Notes under the pieces: generated by a model | Told to the model about the DNA's origin: nothing | Seen by the model: the letters and a program-made list of their open reading frames with translations, nothing else | Databases searched by the model: none | Part shown: positions 26,915-28,064 of the stretch, piece by piece | Numbering within the stretch: the first letter of the stretch is position 1 | Layout: each line of letters opens with the position of its first letter | Source: a virus | Lineage: Duplodnaviria; Caudoviricetes | Direction: 5' to 3' (one strand) | Virus record (IMG/VR): IMGVR_UViG_3300037520_000818 | Location: 1-28,064 of that record | DNA: 28,064 nucleotides | Made by a program: the position numbers and the translations under genes

Positions 26915-26942
26915 GTGCTTTACTTTTAGGTGTTCCAATCCC
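26822..26942 (-). ncRNA. Structured leader RNA / attenuator with P4 CI- or P1 C4-like architecture
   Basis: 10-bp stem 26877-26886/26828-26837, 5-bp stem, 4-bp stem with an 8-nt loop and a 7-nt bulge, then a U run. Loop and bulge are complementary to 26916-26923 and 26932-26938. Confidence 0.7.
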
Positions 26943-26947
26943 TTATG

Positions 26948-26979
26948 CAAATATAGATAAAAGTATTCTATTGTGCAAG
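26948..26979 (-). promoter_or_regulatory. Bacteroidota primary-sigma promoter (-33 TTG, -7 TATATTTG, 20-nt spacer)
   Basis: CTTG-N20-TATATTTG directly ahead of the structured leader. Confidence 0.8.
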
Positions 26980-27135
26980 TTTTATGTAAAAATATTTTCC
27001 GTTATTAAATTCAACACTTCCGATTTCTATCATCATATCCAATTCAATTTTTAATGATACGTAGGTATGTGAATGAGATAGCTTTTTTAGAAGTTCATTA
27101 AATGTGTGTGGTGTTGTTAGTGTTTGTTTTATCAT
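26968..27135 (-). CDS. Small protein absent from the ORF track (55 aa, MIKQTLTTPHTFNELLKKL...IEIGSVEFNNGKYFYIKLAQ), winged-helix-like
   Basis: The ATG overlaps the NinG stop (ATGA) and the ORF fills the gap to the promoter. Confidence 0.6.
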   Translation of the reverse strand: MIKQTLTTPHTFNELLKKLSHSHTYVSLKIELDMMIEIGSVEFNNGKYFYIKLAQ

Positions 27136-27680
27136 TGTTCTATTTGTTTACAAAGTTTCTTGTATTTTTCTGCTATCTCAATGTAGTATTCTTTGCTTAT
27201 CACACGTTTGCTTTTATCATCTGCCAAAGTTTCTAATTCATTCAATACTTTTATTCCATATCTTTTTATTATTCCTTTTCGGTATTCAATTAGATTGCCT
27301 GATTTATGTTGGTTACAAAAAACGCACTGGCCTGAACAATTAAACTCGTTAAATAATAGTTGAGGTGTTCCACTTGCTGAATAATAATGACCAGCATCAA
27401 ACTTTGTAATTGAACTTAATTTAAAATCACACGAAATACAACTTTTACCGACATCTCTAAGCCTTATAAATCTTTGAAACCAATAACGTGCTTCTTTTCG
27501 ATAATCAGTAACCGTTTTTAGCTTTTCCTTAATTATTGACTTTTCCTTTTTCCACTTTTTCTCACGTTCTTTTTGTACAATTTCTTTTGCTTTTTTAACG
27601 GTGCAATCGAAACACAAATTTTGTATAGATGTGTATTGCTTAAACTCTAATTTGCATTTCTTACACTTCAAAACGGACAT
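27132..27680 (-). CDS. ninG: NinG/Rap-family recombination endonuclease (182 aa)
   Basis: CKKC..C..C, FQRFIRLRD.G..CISC, FDAGHY, FNEFNC.GQC..CN..KSGNL.EYR. Confidence 0.9.
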   Translation of the reverse strand: MSVLKCKKCKLEFKQYTSIQNLCFDCTVKKAKEIVQKEREKKWKKEKSIIKEKLKTVTDYRKEARYWFQRFIRLRDVGKSCISCDFKLSSITKFDAGHYYSASGTPQLLFNEFNCSGQCVFCNQHKSGNLIEYRKGIIKRYGIKVLNELETLADDKSKRVISKEYYIEIAEKYKKLCKQIEQ

Positions 27681-27838
27681 TTTATTTTATCAATTCTTTT
27701 ATTTTCGCTTTCTATTATTTTAGGCATATCACGTTCTATTTTTTCTCTTATAGCATTTCTAATAAACGCTGTAGGCTTTATTCTAAGCGTTTTTAATTGC
27801 TTTAAAAGAATGTTAAATATGAATCCATTTTTTGTTAT
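27668..27838 (-). pseudogene. Reading frame with no ATG/GTG/TTG start near its 5' end (...LLKQLKTLRIKPTAFIRNAIREKIERDMPKIIESENKRIDKIKCPF*), ribbon-helix-helix-like remnant
   Basis: Open frame between the HNH gene and ninG. Its stop lies 13 nt into ninG. The only in-frame ATG would give 19 aa. Confidence 0.45.
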
Positions 27839-28064
27839 TTATAATATCACAAATAAGACAATTACTCACGTTATAAATAATAGATAGTTTTCGTTGAGAT
27901 AAATTTTCTGAATTTTTTCTAATTTCTAAAACCTGTTTTTCTGTTAATTTACATCTGCCGTTGTTTGTTCCATTAGCATTCATAAGTCCTATTTTGTAAG
28001 AATGAATAGTATTTTCAGAATAAGTACACCACTCTAAATTTTTAGTAATATTATCTGTTTTTAT
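27813..28064 (-). CDS. Partial (3' end) HNH homing-type endonuclease with C-terminal HTH
   Basis: Read by hand: IKTDNITKNLEWCTYSENTIHSYKIGL...CKLTEKQVLEIR...SQRKLSIIYNVS...KKWIHI*. Confidence 0.85.
   Translation of the reverse strand: MKTDNITKNLEWCTYSENTIHSYKIGLMNANGTNNGRCKLTEKQVLEIRKNSENLSQRKLSIIYNVSNCLICDIINNKKWIHI

Larger units (their letters stand above)
1..28064 (-). mobile_element. Segment of a tailed dsDNA phage or prophage (siphovirus-like, probable Bacteroidota host)
   Basis: Co-oriented, tightly packed replication, terminase, portal, capsid, tape measure and fibre genes. TAnnTTTG promoter elements present. No integrase or att site in the window, so lifestyle is unknown. Confidence 0.95.

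Noticed and set aside
416-27343. Other plus-strand ORFs and nested minus-strand ORFs (4316-4498, 20983-21168)
   Set aside because: All overlap longer, motif-bearing minus-strand genes and show no recognisable domains.
1-28064. Stop-codon reassignment as in some crAss-like phages
   Set aside because: Genes are full length and tightly packed in the standard code. TAA, TAG and TGA all end genes at sensible boundaries.
1-28064. CRISPR array, tRNA, rRNA, integrase, lysis cassette
   Set aside because: There is no repeat-spacer pattern or cloverleaf in the short intergenic gaps, and no such genes were recognised. They may lie outside the window.

Overview
A 28-kb segment of an AT-rich tailed dsDNA phage or prophage. 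Every credible gene lies on the minus strand. TAnnTTTG promoters, A-rich ribosome-binding regions without Shine-Dalgarno motifs, and signal peptides followed by Gln point to a Bacteroidota host. In transcription order (right to left) the genes are: HNH endonuclease (partial), NinG, an attenuator-like structured leader, HNH, replication initiator with phased iteron-like repeats, T7-type primase-helicase, GT25 glycosyltransferase, TerS, TerL, three small Cys-containing genes (one a CxxC membrane protein), tail assembly chaperone with a -1 frameshift, tape measure, two tail-tip proteins, a second glycosyltransferase, portal with a DnaJ-like Zn finger, minor capsid, scaffold, major capsid, neck genes, tail tube, BppU-like protein and two fibre-like proteins. 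The best candidate for a new system is the pair of fibre-like proteins. Both have Sec signal peptides and dense D-(S/T)-hydrophobic Bacteroidota O-glycosylation sequons, in a phage that also encodes two glycosyltransferases and Cys-rich virion proteins. This suggests fibres are exported, glycosylated and attached after lysis. That is a hypothesis from sequence motifs only; no database search was run.
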